From a virus (lineage: Duplodnaviria > Caudoviricetes): a stretch of DNA of 64,000 nucleotides. The DNA is taken from the IMG/VR virus record IMGVR_UViG_3300032296_004087, positions 1-64,000 of that record. The stretch is one strand, 5' to 3'. Positions 39,997-50,532 of the stretch are shown piece by piece. The first letter of the stretch is position 1. Every line of letters starts with the position of its first letter. The notes beneath the pieces are model-generated. The model worked only from the letters and a program-made list of their open reading frames with translations, did no database searches and was not told the origin of the DNA. A program made the position numbers and the translations under genes.

Positions 39997-40518
39997 ATGA
40001 TTTTAAAAGAAGAGATTAAAAGAATCAAAGAAGTCATGGGACTCATTTCTGAACAAGACAAAAAAAACTTGGACAAGTTCATTATGGTTTATCCCAAAGG
40101 AATGGGTGTGGAATATGGTGAAGAGATTCCAACATCAGAGACTTATTACATTCCCTTGGGGATGGTCAAGGAAAATGAGATTTTCAAAGATGAGGATTAT
40201 TTTATGTCGAATGAAAATGTTCAGGATATGATTAAAAAATTGAGTAAGGGAAGTGAATTAGAACCCATTATGGTTATTCAACATCCTGAAAACGAAGATG
40301 TTTTCCTAATTATGGATGGACACCATAGAAAATTTTCTTATGAAAAGGCAAACAAGTTAGAGATTCCAGCCAGAATTGTAGAATACGAAAATATACTTTT
40401 AGCCGATGAAAACGGAGAAATTGTTTCGTCGTTAGATAAGGTTCGAAATGATATGGAGTTTCTTAGAAATTACTTTGTTACCCCTGACGGAACTGCAGAA
40501 TATTCAAAAGAAGATTAA
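39997..40518 (+). CDS. ParB/Srx-like protein with LKEEIKRIKEVMG leader
   Basis: LEPIMV...LIMDGHHR. Confidence 0.75.
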   Translation: MILKEEIKRIKEVMGLISEQDKKNLDKFIMVYPKGMGVEYGEEIPTSETYYIPLGMVKENEIFKDEDYFMSNENVQDMIKKLSKGSELEPIMVIQHPENEDVFLIMDGHHRKFSYEKANKLEIPARIVEYENILLADENGEIVSSLDKVRNDMEFLRNYFVTPDGTAEYSKED

Positions 40519-40910
40519 AGTCTTGCACCATCAAAATACCAATTAACAAATGGGTATTGACTTGCTAACTCTTGGATGTAAAGAAAAACTTCGTCTCTCA
40601 TTTCATCATCCCCTTCATCATCATTATCGTTTGCTGTAACATTTACATGAACGTCACCATTAATTGTGTGAACATTAAAAGTCATTGAGTTGTCTAAAAA
40701 GTACTCAAACTTTCGGTTTTGAAATCCATAAACTTCAATTTCATCTCCAAGAACCAACATTCTACCAATCTCAACAATATCTTGTTTCAGAAGAAAATCG
40801 GCAAACATTAAAGTGTTCTCTGATGGGTCCCCAACGATATTGTTTTCATCTGCAGAGTTAAATTGTTCGTGAATTGTTCTGTATTGTGACTCGGTAATGA
40901 TGAGTTTCAT
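40515..40910 (-). CDS. hypothetical protein with MKLIITESQY leader
   Basis: Paralogue of 47786-48208 (GDVHVNV, NWYFDG). Confidence 0.75.
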   Translation of the reverse strand: MKLIITESQYRTIHEQFNSADENNIVGDPSENTLMFADFLLKQDIVEIGRMLVLGDEIEVYGFQNRKFEYFLDNSMTFNVHTINGDVHVNVTANDNDDEGDDEMRDEVFLYIQELASQYPFVNWYFDGARL

Positions 40911-40927
40911 AAGTTTTTACTTTTATG

Positions 40928-40939
40928 ATAAATATTTAT
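40928..40939. promoter_or_regulatory. palindromic ATAAATATTTAT: back-to-back TATTTAT motifs for divergent genes
   Basis: Lies between divergent starts at 40910 (-) and 40944 (+). Confidence 0.55.
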
Positions 40940-40943
40940 TAAT

Positions 40944-41357
40944 ATGGATTTGGTCTATGATTATCAAGAAGGTAGGGATGAAGTAAAAGAAAGACTTCCT
41001 TTCGACATTGAAAAACTCTTGAATGAGGGTGTAGTTTTTATCACTCCCGCAATCGATGGTGACCCTGATTCACCCACTTACAAAGAATTCACAGGGGAAG
41101 ATTACTCTCATCTTATCACCCTTTACAATTTGGTGCACTCTTCACCTGAAAGTTGGGTAAGAACTGCAGTGACTAAAAGGGGGGATGTTAGACCCTACAA
41201 AGACAAGTTTTGGGAAAAGATATACGATGGTAAGTACAATCAAATACTTTGGAGTTTAGATTACTTGGACCTCGACCCAATGAAGATGTTGGTGGAGTAC
41301 CCCTTGGACGAACAAGTCAGTAGAGTAAAGGAGATTATATCTCATTTGGTCAAGTAA
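40944..41357 (+). CDS. hypothetical protein
   Basis: C-terminal LDEQVSRVKEII resembles the leader motif. Confidence 0.7.
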   Translation: MDLVYDYQEGRDEVKERLPFDIEKLLNEGVVFITPAIDGDPDSPTYKEFTGEDYSHLITLYNLVHSSPESWVRTAVTKRGDVRPYKDKFWEKIYDGKYNQILWSLDYLDLDPMKMLVEYPLDEQVSRVKEIISHLVK

Positions 41358-41380
41358 GAAATTTGTTATATCTTTGTCGT

Positions 41381-41704
41381 ATGTTCAAACTCATACGATA
41401 CTTCCTCATCCATCGGGTCACTAAGAACCCCATGACTGCTGCTCGCATTTATCAGATGATTTATCACCCTGAGGTTTTTCAGATTGCTGACAGACCTCGT
41501 AAGGTTGAAACAAGGATGGATTATACCCCTGAAACTCCGAGTTCACCGCCATTAAAAAGGGGTGGACATCGTAGTGGTAATGTAGTTTTGACTGAAAGAG
41601 AAGAAATTGAGGGAGCTCTTCGACAACTTCAGAGTAAACCCAAAAAGTCCGTGGCAGATAAAACATCAATCGATATGTTACGGGCCGTTCTAAACAACAT
41701 GTAA
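41381..41704 (+). CDS. hypothetical protein
   Basis: ORF after sigmaA promoter 41345-41376. Confidence 0.65.
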   Translation: MFKLIRYFLIHRVTKNPMTAARIYQMIYHPEVFQIADRPRKVETRMDYTPETPSSPPLKRGGHRSGNVVLTEREEIEGALRQLQSKPKKSVADKTSIDMLRAVLNNM

Positions 41705-41705
41705 T

Positions 41706-42023
41706 ATGACAGAACAACAAATTCAAAAATACGGAGAGATTCAATACCTACGAGGTAGATTGGATGAGCTCCATAAAGCCATACCAACGGTCTTGGACAT
41801 TTCCCGACATAGGAAGTTGGATTCGAGATTAGAAAAGTATTATGATAAACTTAAAGAGATTGATGAAATCGCTTATCACTTGTACTTAGTTGAGATTAAT
41901 TCCCGTAAGAGGTCCAAAGAACGAGGTAAAAAACACATACAGACTCTTTTAGAGGAGATTTTACACGAAGTGAAGGACTTAACACTCAGGGAAAAGATAA
42001 TCTCACAAATCCAAAAATATTGA
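41706..42023 (+). CDS. hypothetical protein
   Basis: Co-transcribed ORF. Confidence 0.65.
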   Translation: MTEQQIQKYGEIQYLRGRLDELHKAIPTVLDISRHRKLDSRLEKYYDKLKEIDEIAYHLYLVEINSRKRSKERGKKHIQTLLEEILHEVKDLTLREKIISQIQKY

Positions 42024-42514
42024 TGGCTGAATATTCATTTCGTAAAGATATTATCGAGGGTGAAGCCGGCGAGGATTACATCATAGATTTTCTAACCAAA
42101 GGTTGGAAGGGAACTTTACTTGAGAAGAAGAAAGACTATACATGGGATTTTAAAATCGATTTTGAAAATTCGGGTGTTCAAACTTTTGAATCCAAGACTG
42201 ATGTCTATTGTATTCCACCAAGTAAGGTTAATGGTAAACAAATCAAAGGTAGGGATACTGGTAATATATTTATTGAGTTTTCTTGTCGTGGGAAAGACTC
42301 GGGTATTAAGGTCACTGAGGCGGATTGGTTTGTATACTATTTCAAGTTCTTGGGTGAGTTATGGATGATAAAAGTCCAAGACCTCAAGAAGTTAATTGAT
42401 GAGAACAACTTTAGGGTTGGTGTCGGGGGAGACCCAGGTTCCAATTCCTCGGGACACTTGATTCCTAAGATAAAGTTCCGTGATAAATTCTTAGTTAGAA
42501 TAAATTTATTTTAG
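42023..42514 (+). CDS. PD-(D/E)XK nuclease-like protein
   Basis: GEAGE...WDFKI...FESKTD...TGNIFIE. Confidence 0.7.
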   Translation: MAEYSFRKDIIEGEAGEDYIIDFLTKGWKGTLLEKKKDYTWDFKIDFENSGVQTFESKTDVYCIPPSKVNGKQIKGRDTGNIFIEFSCRGKDSGIKVTEADWFVYYFKFLGELWMIKVQDLKKLIDENNFRVGVGGDPGSNSSGHLIPKIKFRDKFLVRINLF

Positions 42515-42579
42515 AATTATTTGGCAGTGTTATTTCTTTGCCTTTACTTTGACTCAAGTTTAACATAAACCACTAAATA

Positions 42580-43860
42580 ATGACCAACCGTATTTACATC
42601 AAAAATAGTACTACTTCAGTACGAAATTTTGTGGAGAACTATTCAGAAGACACCACACTATTCCTTCCTTCAATCCAACGAGATTTTGTTTGGGGTAAAA
42701 AAAATAAAGATGGGTATTATGAAGCAATCCTTCGTAACATGACTCCTACACCAATCATTCTAGCTGACATTGAAACGGCAATGAACCATGCAAAACACAC
42801 AAATAACATGGAAGATTACCAAGTTTTCAAAGAATACTTTGAGGAGGGTAAACAATATATTTCAATAGATGGTGGTAACCGTACTAAGTACCTCAATGAA
42901 AGGTATGAGATGCAAAACGGTATGTTCAAAAACATGAGTGATGAACTCAAAACCTTTTTTCAACATGAAATTCAGGTTTCGGTTTATATGAACTTGACAT
43001 TCTTCGAAATGCATGAAATGGCGGGTAAGGTAAACATGGGAGTACCTTGGAATAAAGCAGACAAGCGTAATGTATTACCTGGTCCCATTGCCCAATATGT
43101 TCGACACCTAACCAACCAATACTCACCAATTTTCGGTGAATTCTTGACCATAAAGGAAATGCGTACCCGAAAGGTAGATGAAACTTTAGGTTATTACTTG
43201 GCTTACCATCAGACCAATCCCGATGGGTTGAAACAAGACTTACTCGATGCGCTGTACCTTCGAAACCACATTGACCACAAGGACCAATTCGAGATTGTGA
43301 TTTTCTTGTGGTCTAAAGTTATTACCATTATTTTAGATGGTAAGTATAAAGTAAAGAAGACTTTCTCGTTAAACCTTTTTATTTATCTCACTGAAATGTA
43401 TCGTGAGCATGGGTATAAACTAAACTTTGAGGTAATTGAGGACTTTGCAAAAAAATATGTGGAATTAGAGGAGACACGAATTATCGAAAAATTCGAGGTT
43501 GCCGATGTTACTTGTGCTGTGAATTGGAATGATTGGCAGCGTTACTCAAAAGACTTGTCAAAAAAATACTCCCGTATCTATAATGACATGTTACCATTCG
43601 TGGGAGATTACTTCATCAGTTTAGACCGTACCCGAGTTTACACCGAGGACGAAAAAATTGAGATGTTCGTTAAGACCAACGGTGTTGTTAATAAATTGGA
43701 CGGAACCAGTGAAAAGATTTCAGTCCTTCAAGCACTTAACGGAAAAGAATACCACGCGGACCACATCAAACCTTACTCTAAAGGGGGACAAACCACTGTA
43801 GAAAATGGTCAATTACTTCGGAAAAAGGACAACCTGAAAAAATCAAATAAGGTCTTTTAA
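42580..43860 (+). CDS. GmrSD-like protein (DUF262 plus HNH)
   Basis: PSIQRDFVW, IDGGNRT; C-terminal HADHIKPYSKGGQT..ENGQLL...N. Confidence 0.8.
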   Translation: MTNRIYIKNSTTSVRNFVENYSEDTTLFLPSIQRDFVWGKKNKDGYYEAILRNMTPTPIILADIETAMNHAKHTNNMEDYQVFKEYFEEGKQYISIDGGNRTKYLNERYEMQNGMFKNMSDELKTFFQHEIQVSVYMNLTFFEMHEMAGKVNMGVPWNKADKRNVLPGPIAQYVRHLTNQYSPIFGEFLTIKEMRTRKVDETLGYYLAYHQTNPDGLKQDLLDALYLRNHIDHKDQFEIVIFLWSKVITIILDGKYKVKKTFSLNLFIYLTEMYREHGYKLNFEVIEDFAKKYVELEETRIIEKFEVADVTCAVNWNDWQRYSKDLSKKYSRIYNDMLPFVGDYFISLDRTRVYTEDEKIEMFVKTNGVVNKLDGTSEKISVLQALNGKEYHADHIKPYSKGGQTTVENGQLLRKKDNLKKSNKVF

Positions 43861-43936
43861 CCTTTTTTAAACCCTCACCAAAAGTGGGGGTTTGTTTTTT
43901 CATAATAAGTTTCTTATACTTTCAAAAAAAAACTAT

Positions 43937-44368
43937 ATGAGTAGAGTTAAAATTTCCACTGATAAGGGAGAGATGATTGCCGAACTATACGATGAGGCAA
44001 CTCCCATCACCGTCAAGAACTTTCTTGATTTGATTAATAAAGGGTTCTACAATGGACTCAACTTTCACCGAGTGATTCCAAACTTTGTGATTCAGGGTGG
44101 ATGTCCTGAGGGAACAGGAAGAGGAGGACCTGGTTACAACATTCCATGTGAGGTAACAGCACCAAATCAATTCCATGATAAAGGTGTGTTGTCAATGGCT
44201 CACGCTGGAAGAAACACAGGAGGTTCACAGTTCTTTATCTGTCACAACCGTCAAGGTACACAACATTTGGATGGTAACCACACTTGTTTCGGTAAGATTG
44301 TCGAGGGGGTAGATGTAATTGACCAAATCGCACAAGGGGATAAAATTAACTCAATCGAACTAAATTAA
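43937..44368 (+). CDS. cyclophilin-type peptidyl-prolyl isomerase
   Basis: FHRVIPNFVIQGG, LSMAHAG, GSQFFI, HLDGNHTCFG. Confidence 0.95.
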   Translation: MSRVKISTDKGEMIAELYDEATPITVKNFLDLINKGFYNGLNFHRVIPNFVIQGGCPEGTGRGGPGYNIPCEVTAPNQFHDKGVLSMAHAGRNTGGSQFFICHNRQGTQHLDGNHTCFGKIVEGVDVIDQIAQGDKINSIELN

Positions 44369-44381
44369 AAAAAAAACTATT

Positions 44382-44906
44382 ATGAAAAAACTAATAATCG
44401 ACCAAGCACACTCAGACATTGAGTTTAAAGTAAAACATCTAATGATTTCAACCGTTAAAGGTCACTTCAATACTTTCAGCGGTGGAGTAAGCGAAGACGG
44501 AAATCTTACTGTATCAATGAATGTAAATTCAATCAACACGGGTAGTCTTGATAGAGACAGTCACCTTAAATCTCCTGACTTCTTTAACTATGAAGAATTC
44601 CCAACAATTGACTTTGCCGGTAAAATGGGTGAAGACATGACTAACATTGTTGGTGAAATTACCATTAAGGGTATCACCGAGCAAATAGCTTTGGATGTGG
44701 AATACAACGGACAAGGAGTTGACCCATGGGGAAACACCAAGCACGGATGGGAAATCACCGGTACAATCAATCGCACTGACTTTGGTCTTACATGGAACGC
44801 CCCTTTGGAGGCGGGTGGCGTGTTGGTAAGTGAGGAAGTAAAACTCAAGATTGATGTTCAGATGATGGAAGTTGTTGAAGAAATGGAAACATCTTCTCCT
44901 GAGTAA
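44382..44906 (+). CDS. YceI family protein
   Basis: IDQAHS..FKVKHLMISTVKG, RDSHLKSPDFF, INRTDFGL. Confidence 0.9.
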   Translation: MKKLIIDQAHSDIEFKVKHLMISTVKGHFNTFSGGVSEDGNLTVSMNVNSINTGSLDRDSHLKSPDFFNYEEFPTIDFAGKMGEDMTNIVGEITIKGITEQIALDVEYNGQGVDPWGNTKHGWEITGTINRTDFGLTWNAPLEAGGVLVSEEVKLKIDVQMMEVVEEMETSSPE

Positions 44907-44976
44907 TTGACCCTAAACTAAAAATAATACCCTCCACCAAAATGTGGGGGGTTTTGTATTTATAATAAAGAAAGTT

Positions 44977-45327
44977 ATGAAAAAGTTTTTATTTTTGATT
45001 ACGTCACTTTTTTTGTTTTCCTGTGAAAAACAGGAAGTCATTTGTGATACGTCATTTAAATCTTATCACCTTTATGTGAAAGACACTTTAGAGTACATCT
45101 ATGTTGAAGATATCAACAACAACAATGTTCTCTATAGTGATTCTTTGCTTTACTCTCGGTTTAAAGTTGTTGATGATAGTTACTTAAACATAATGGGAAG
45201 GAACCAACAAGCGACCTTGAACATTAGATTCCGTAATATTGGTGATACGGTTCACCAACGATTTGCCGTGATTGTTTATACAGATAATTGTCATGTTAAT
45301 CTTTTTTATCCCTCTGATACCTTATGA
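44977..45327 (+). CDS. putative lipoprotein
   Basis: MKKFLFLITSLFLFSC lipobox. Confidence 0.7.
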   Translation: MKKFLFLITSLFLFSCEKQEVICDTSFKSYHLYVKDTLEYIYVEDINNNNVLYSDSLLYSRFKVVDDSYLNIMGRNQQATLNIRFRNIGDTVHQRFAVIVYTDNCHVNLFYPSDTL

Positions 45328-46205
45328 AAAAACTTTTATTTACATTGCTAGCGACTTCGGTGTTGCTTAGTTGTACGCAAAAAACAAATTATGAACTTAC
45401 CACCTATGATGTACAGTTCGAAGAAGATTGGGTTTCCGACTGGTGTGGGGACCCAAACAATGACCCAAATGTTCAACAAATAATTACTGATACTAGCGTT
45501 CAGTTTCGTTCAGGTAGGGTTGTATCAACTCATGGATATAAAAACATTTCACAAATCACGGCAACCATTGATTTATCGGGTATGGCTCCCAACAGTGTTC
45601 AAAATAACAATTGGTTAAATGCATCGTTTTATATGGTAAACAGTGCAATTCAACCTAAAGGTAATAGTTACTGTGATGCTGGTGGTTCTATCCCATATTG
45701 TAATGAAATAGATTTTATGGAAACCAATGGAAATAGAATCTTACAACAGACTATTCATTTGGGTGGTAATCAAAGATATGAATATACTTTTACCGATGCT
45801 GTGTTCTCTGATAATTGCTATGGTAATTTGGTGGCGACAGAGCAGGGAACTCATAGTCTAGTTGGTGTTATTGATATTACCAAACCATTTCAAATGACAA
45901 TTGATTTCAATAGTGATTATACAAATATGACTATCACAGTATCACAAAATGGGAATAGTGAGGTAATTTACGATGTGCTATCGGGTAAAGGAGCTGACAA
46001 TAGCAATATTGATATGTCACTACTTAAATCTTCAATGGAAGTTGGTTGGTGGATTACACCAGGTTATTGGGAAGGATATTCTCCAAAGGGTCCTGGTGAC
46101 AATCCTTGGTTTATAGGTAATTGCTATAGTGACCAACTATGTAAAAACAACGACAACGCTTGGGTACTCTCAAATGTTAAAGTTACGGCAGAAGAACAAA
46201 TTTAA
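45324..46205 (+). CDS. lipoprotein with clan GH-B (GH7-like) glycoside hydrolase motifs
   Basis: Lipobox VLLSC; LNASFYMV, YCDA, CNEIDFMETN, IDITKPF. Confidence 0.65.
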   Translation: MKKLLFTLLATSVLLSCTQKTNYELTTYDVQFEEDWVSDWCGDPNNDPNVQQIITDTSVQFRSGRVVSTHGYKNISQITATIDLSGMAPNSVQNNNWLNASFYMVNSAIQPKGNSYCDAGGSIPYCNEIDFMETNGNRILQQTIHLGGNQRYEYTFTDAVFSDNCYGNLVATEQGTHSLVGVIDITKPFQMTIDFNSDYTNMTITVSQNGNSEVIYDVLSGKGADNSNIDMSLLKSSMEVGWWITPGYWEGYSPKGPGDNPWFIGNCYSDQLCKNNDNAWVLSNVKVTAEEQI

Positions 46206-46288
46206 ACTTTTATTTTTCCTTCTATAAGCCCTCACTTAAAGTGGGGGTTTTTTATTTTAAAAAAGTATTTATAATAAAATATATTTTT

Positions 46289-46882
46289 ATGAAAAAAGTT
46301 ATTCAACTTACAGAATCAAATTTGGTAAAAGTAATTAAGAAAATTATTAAAGAACAAACAAGTAGTGGTGGGTATGAATTTGAAATGATTTACGACTTAC
46401 CAAATTCAAGTATTGAACAAATTAATGGTATGGTAAAAAGAAACCCTGCTATTCGTGCTGGAGTAAGATTAGTGACTGATAACCCAAATCAATTAGTGTA
46501 TACTAAAAAAGTTAGAATTGACGGAGCTTACAAAAAAGTTGCTAAAATGAATACTCTACCAAATACGTGTATTGATGGTGAATTAGAATTTGATATTACT
46601 TTTTTGATTAAAGAAAATAAAGTAAAGATGATTATTAACAATATGATTTTCAATGCCAGAAGAATTTATTTAGGAAATACACCTTGTTCAGATTGTTTCA
46701 ATTATGGATTCATTGGTTCTCAACCAAACCCTCAATCCGTTGGAGGAAGATTAATGTGTGATAAAACTGGAATATGGAATCGGTTGATTTCTATCATAAC
46801 TCCGAACATAGTGACTTTCCGTGAAGAAGTTAAAAATGGGTTTACAAATTCAGAAGGGGTAAAAAATGATTATGATTTCTAA
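46289..46882 (+). CDS. hypothetical protein with LTESNL..IKKIIKEQ leader
   Basis: ORF after terminator plus TATTTAT. Confidence 0.7.
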   Translation: MKKVIQLTESNLVKVIKKIIKEQTSSGGYEFEMIYDLPNSSIEQINGMVKRNPAIRAGVRLVTDNPNQLVYTKKVRIDGAYKKVAKMNTLPNTCIDGELEFDITFLIKENKVKMIINNMIFNARRIYLGNTPCSDCFNYGFIGSQPNPQSVGGRLMCDKTGIWNRLISIITPNIVTFREEVKNGFTNSEGVKNDYDF

Positions 46883-46960
46883 GTATTAATTACTTTTAAT
46901 AAAACCCTCACTCAAAAAGTGGGGGTTTTATTTTTATGGATATTTATTGAAAAAAAAACT

Positions 46961-47698
46961 ATGAAAAAACTATTAAAAGACAACTGGAAAGTAGCACTCA
47001 CAATAATCATTGTTTTGGGATTAGTGTCAAATTATTCTGAAATCAAAAAAGGAATCAAAGATGCTTGGACTCAAGATGAAACAACAGAAGACCTCGAATC
47101 AAATGAAATTGTAAAGATACACGAAGGTTCTTTTGCTTTTTGTGGTGCATCAGGAGCTCTACCTACTGGAAAAAAGATTATTGTTCAAGGAGTTGAATAT
47201 GACGAAGGTTGTGCAATATGTCCGGTATTAGATGGACCATCAATTTCCAATTTGGCGATGAATGGTATTAGTGGCACCTATGGAAAATTCAATGTTTCCG
47301 AAAACTTTCAAACTCCCGATGGAACCAATAAAACTATATGGTCTTTCTTTTGGTATTATGATTCAACCAAAACAATTCCACAATTTAATCCCGAGAATAA
47401 TCAATGGGAAATGTTACCACCTGTAAACCGTTCGTTTGTTGTAAACCTTGATTCACCGAGCACAAGTGAGAGTAATATGTTTGCAATGCCTGGTATTATC
47501 TTTGACACAACATCTACAGGTATTGTGCTCGCTAAAGTATATGGACCACTCAATGAAGCTGCTGTTCCATTACATAAAGCAATTCCTGTCAAATCGGGAA
47601 TGACTTCGGTGACTGCGGCTAAGGAGGGATTTCCATATCCTGTGGGAACACCGGTACCTGTTGCAAAGTTCAGTAAAGAACTCCAAAGCAAAAAATAA
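46961..47698 (+). CDS. membrane-anchored hypothetical protein
   Basis: N-terminal TM; FAFCGAS, CAICPV. Confidence 0.7.
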   Translation: MKKLLKDNWKVALTIIIVLGLVSNYSEIKKGIKDAWTQDETTEDLESNEIVKIHEGSFAFCGASGALPTGKKIIVQGVEYDEGCAICPVLDGPSISNLAMNGISGTYGKFNVSENFQTPDGTNKTIWSFFWYYDSTKTIPQFNPENNQWEMLPPVNRSFVVNLDSPSTSESNMFAMPGIIFDTTSTGIVLAKVYGPLNEAAVPLHKAIPVKSGMTSVTAAKEGFPYPVGTPVPVAKFSKELQSKK

Positions 47699-47785
47699 TA
47701 CTTACACAACAATTAAATTAATACAACCCTCACTCAAAAGGTGGGGGTTTTTATTTTTCTTGAAATTGATTAAAACTTATAAGTT

Positions 47786-48208
47786 TTAAATAGATTCTCC
47801 CTCAATATACCAATTGATGGAAGGGGTTCTTTTTGCGACTTCTCTAATGTAATTAAAAATTTGATTGAGATGGCGATAATAAAGTTTATAACCTTCATTT
47901 TCACCATCTCCTTCAACATTAACATGAATTTCTCCGTCAAAATCGTCAACCTTGAATATGATTTGATTATCCATGAAATAATCAACAAATAAATGTTCGG
48001 GGAAAGCAAAAATTGTGATTACATCATCGTAAACATTAATAAGTTCCAATTCAATTATTCCATTTTTTACGAGTAAATCTACAACAGTTAATGTTTCTGG
48101 GGATTGTGTTCCTATAAAAGGATTTTCATCATTTAAATTTTCTTCACCTTCAAAATCAAATTGTTCCTTTAGGTTTTGATATTGGGATTCTGTAATTAGG
48201 TATTTCAT
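47786..48208 (-). CDS. hypothetical protein with MKYLITESQY leader
   Basis: Paralogue of 40515-40910. Confidence 0.75.
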   Translation of the reverse strand: MKYLITESQYQNLKEQFDFEGEENLNDENPFIGTQSPETLTVVDLLVKNGIIELELINVYDDVITIFAFPEHLFVDYFMDNQIIFKVDDFDGEIHVNVEGDGENEGYKLYYRHLNQIFNYIREVAKRTPSINWYIEGESI

Positions 48209-48282
48209 AATTGAAGATTATTTTTATAAATATCTCGTCGAATGTGTTTTTATATTAGATATTTATCTAAAAACAAATTCAT

Positions 48283-48657
48283 ATGTGGCAAGCAAATATT
48301 ACAATCAACAATAACACAGGATACAACCTAACAATAGATGGTGTTGGTCCCGGTAATACAACAATGACACCCAACTCAACATTCAGTTGGTCATCAACAG
48401 AGGTTCATAACACAAAGAGCTTATTGTTTTGGGTACAAGAGAATGTATGGTATATGCAAGGTAACTTATCCTTTGGTCCCGAAGCGGGAGTATATGTGGA
48501 CCGTGGATGGATGGCGGACACAGACCAAACAATAGAGATGGTGGCAGACGCAAATGGTAAGGAATGGACACAGACATCAAACGGAGGAGAAACGCTTCTA
48601 CAATGGAATGAATTCGAAAGTGGGGGTAATATAACATTAACCTTCAGTAAACAATAA
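48283..48657 (+). CDS. beta-rich hypothetical protein
   Basis: ORF after TATTTAT 48260. Confidence 0.65.
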   Translation: MWQANITINNNTGYNLTIDGVGPGNTTMTPNSTFSWSSTEVHNTKSLLFWVQENVWYMQGNLSFGPEAGVYVDRGWMADTDQTIEMVADANGKEWTQTSNGGETLLQWNEFESGGNITLTFSKQ

Positions 48658-48751
48658 CGAAAGACTCTCAACAATGCTGAGAGTTTTTTCTTTTACAATG
48701 GTTTACCAAATAGTTGTATTCAATTAGATTTTTGTATTAGGCGAAACCTTG

Positions 48752-49702
48752 ATGAAAGATTTAATATTAATTACTGCTTTTACCCCAACTCCTCAGTACG
48801 AGGAAATTTTAGAAAACACAATTTTGTCGGTTAAAGAAACTGGTTTTGATATTTTGCTAATCAATCACAGTCACACACCAAGTAGAATTCAAAAACTTTG
48901 TCAGTATTATTTTTACGACCATCTAAATGATGTCAGTGAAGACCCAAATTTAAGGAGTTTTGAGCATTTTAAAATGGATGACTTTGAAATTTGGTCCAAG
49001 TATAGAACCAAAAACTTTTATGGGTTTGCAATTTACCGAATGTTTTCCATGGGGGTTAAAATAGCCAAGAATTTTGGATATGATAGATTGCATCATTTGG
49101 AGTATGACACTCAAGTATTGGATTCCAAAATATTCGAGGAACACAATGAATATCTCCAAAGTAATGACGCTGTTTTTTATACTAGTGATGGTACAAAAAA
49201 TGGTTTTTTACTGGGGTGTTTTAAATCATTTAATGTTTCGAATTTGCCGCACACTTTCGAGAATTATAACAAGGAGCATATGACCAATACCATGTTGAAT
49301 CTCCCATGCGTTCCCTTAGAAAATTATACAAAATACATATTCAATGATTTTAAAGTAAAATATTTGGAAAGTAAAACAACTAAGACAAGATTGTTTGGTG
49401 AAGTAGTAACAGATAGAAATAAACACTTCACTATGTTTTACAGTCCTTTTGAGGAAAAGGTTAAGTTTTTTATCAGAAACATATGGACTGAAAATCAAAA
49501 AGTTATGGTAATTACCAATGAAAGTTTTACTCAAAACATAATTGTTTTGCCAAATCAGTGGCACATAAGAACGTTATGTGATGTAAATGATTTTAAAAGC
49601 ATTATGGTTTTACAAAACAATTCTTTGATTTATGAATTTCGAATAAATAACAATGAAGAACTTGAAACTTTCAAACAAAATGCATTCAGCAAAAACAAAT
49701 GA
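48752..49702 (+). CDS. hypothetical protein, possibly glycosyltransferase-like
   Basis: HHLEYD motif; coupled to BKACE and acetyltransferase genes. Confidence 0.65.
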   Translation: MKDLILITAFTPTPQYEEILENTILSVKETGFDILLINHSHTPSRIQKLCQYYFYDHLNDVSEDPNLRSFEHFKMDDFEIWSKYRTKNFYGFAIYRMFSMGVKIAKNFGYDRLHHLEYDTQVLDSKIFEEHNEYLQSNDAVFYTSDGTKNGFLLGCFKSFNVSNLPHTFENYNKEHMTNTMLNLPCVPLENYTKYIFNDFKVKYLESKTTKTRLFGEVVTDRNKHFTMFYSPFEEKVKFFIRNIWTENQKVMVITNESFTQNIIVLPNQWHIRTLCDVNDFKSIMVLQNNSLIYEFRINNNEELETFKQNAFSKNK

Positions 49703-50532
49703 AAAAGATAATTAATTTTACTCCAACAGGGACACAACCCACAAGGGAAAATTCTTTGGCACCACTTGAGGTCAACGAGATAATTGAGGAAGTGCACCAG
49801 GCTTATGAGATTGGCATAAGCATTACGCACATACACGCCAGGGACCCTGAAACTTTTTCGAACACATATAAGAAAGAAATTTACGGACCAATAATAGAAG
49901 GTATAAGAAAACACTGTCCTGAGCTTTTGGTATGTGCATCCTTAACGGGAAGGAACTTCCCTGAGCTTAGTCAAAGAACGGAAGTATTGGAATGCTTACC
50001 CGATATGGGTTCACTAACGATGTCATCACTTAACTTCCCAACTGGAGCATCGACTAATCAACCTGAGATGATATTAGATTTGATTTCCAAAATGGGGGAA
50101 TATGGTGTGCAGCCAGAAATTGAATGTTTTGATTCCGGTATGGTTAATTACACCAAATACCTTATTTCAAAGAACATATTAAAGCCACCATTTTACATGA
50201 ATGTAATTTTGGGTAACATCTATAATGTGCAAAGTGATTTAAGCTCATTAGCGGCAATAAAAAGCTCCATACCATATAATGTCACAACTTGCATAGGTGG
50301 GATTGGCAATCAGCAATTAAAGAGCAATATACTTGGTTTAATGGAGTTTGATGGCATAAGAATTGGTTTGGAGGATAATTTATTTTACAAAGGTAAGATA
50401 AAAGCCACCAACATAGAATTACTAAAGCGTGCGTATAGAATAATGGATGAACTGGAAATGGAGTGTATGTCATCAAAAGAACTAAGAGAGAATGGATATG
50501 GAAACAAACTTATTGATAGTAGGAAAGGGTGA
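49699..50532 (+). CDS. beta-keto acid cleavage enzyme (BKACE/Kce, DUF849)
   Basis: FTPTG, THIHARD, PDMGSL..SSLNF, PEIECFD, IRIGLEDN. Confidence 0.9.
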   Translation: MKKIINFTPTGTQPTRENSLAPLEVNEIIEEVHQAYEIGISITHIHARDPETFSNTYKKEIYGPIIEGIRKHCPELLVCASLTGRNFPELSQRTEVLECLPDMGSLTMSSLNFPTGASTNQPEMILDLISKMGEYGVQPEIECFDSGMVNYTKYLISKNILKPPFYMNVILGNIYNVQSDLSSLAAIKSSIPYNVTTCIGGIGNQQLKSNILGLMEFDGIRIGLEDNLFYKGKIKATNIELLKRAYRIMDELEMECMSSKELRENGYGNKLIDSRKG

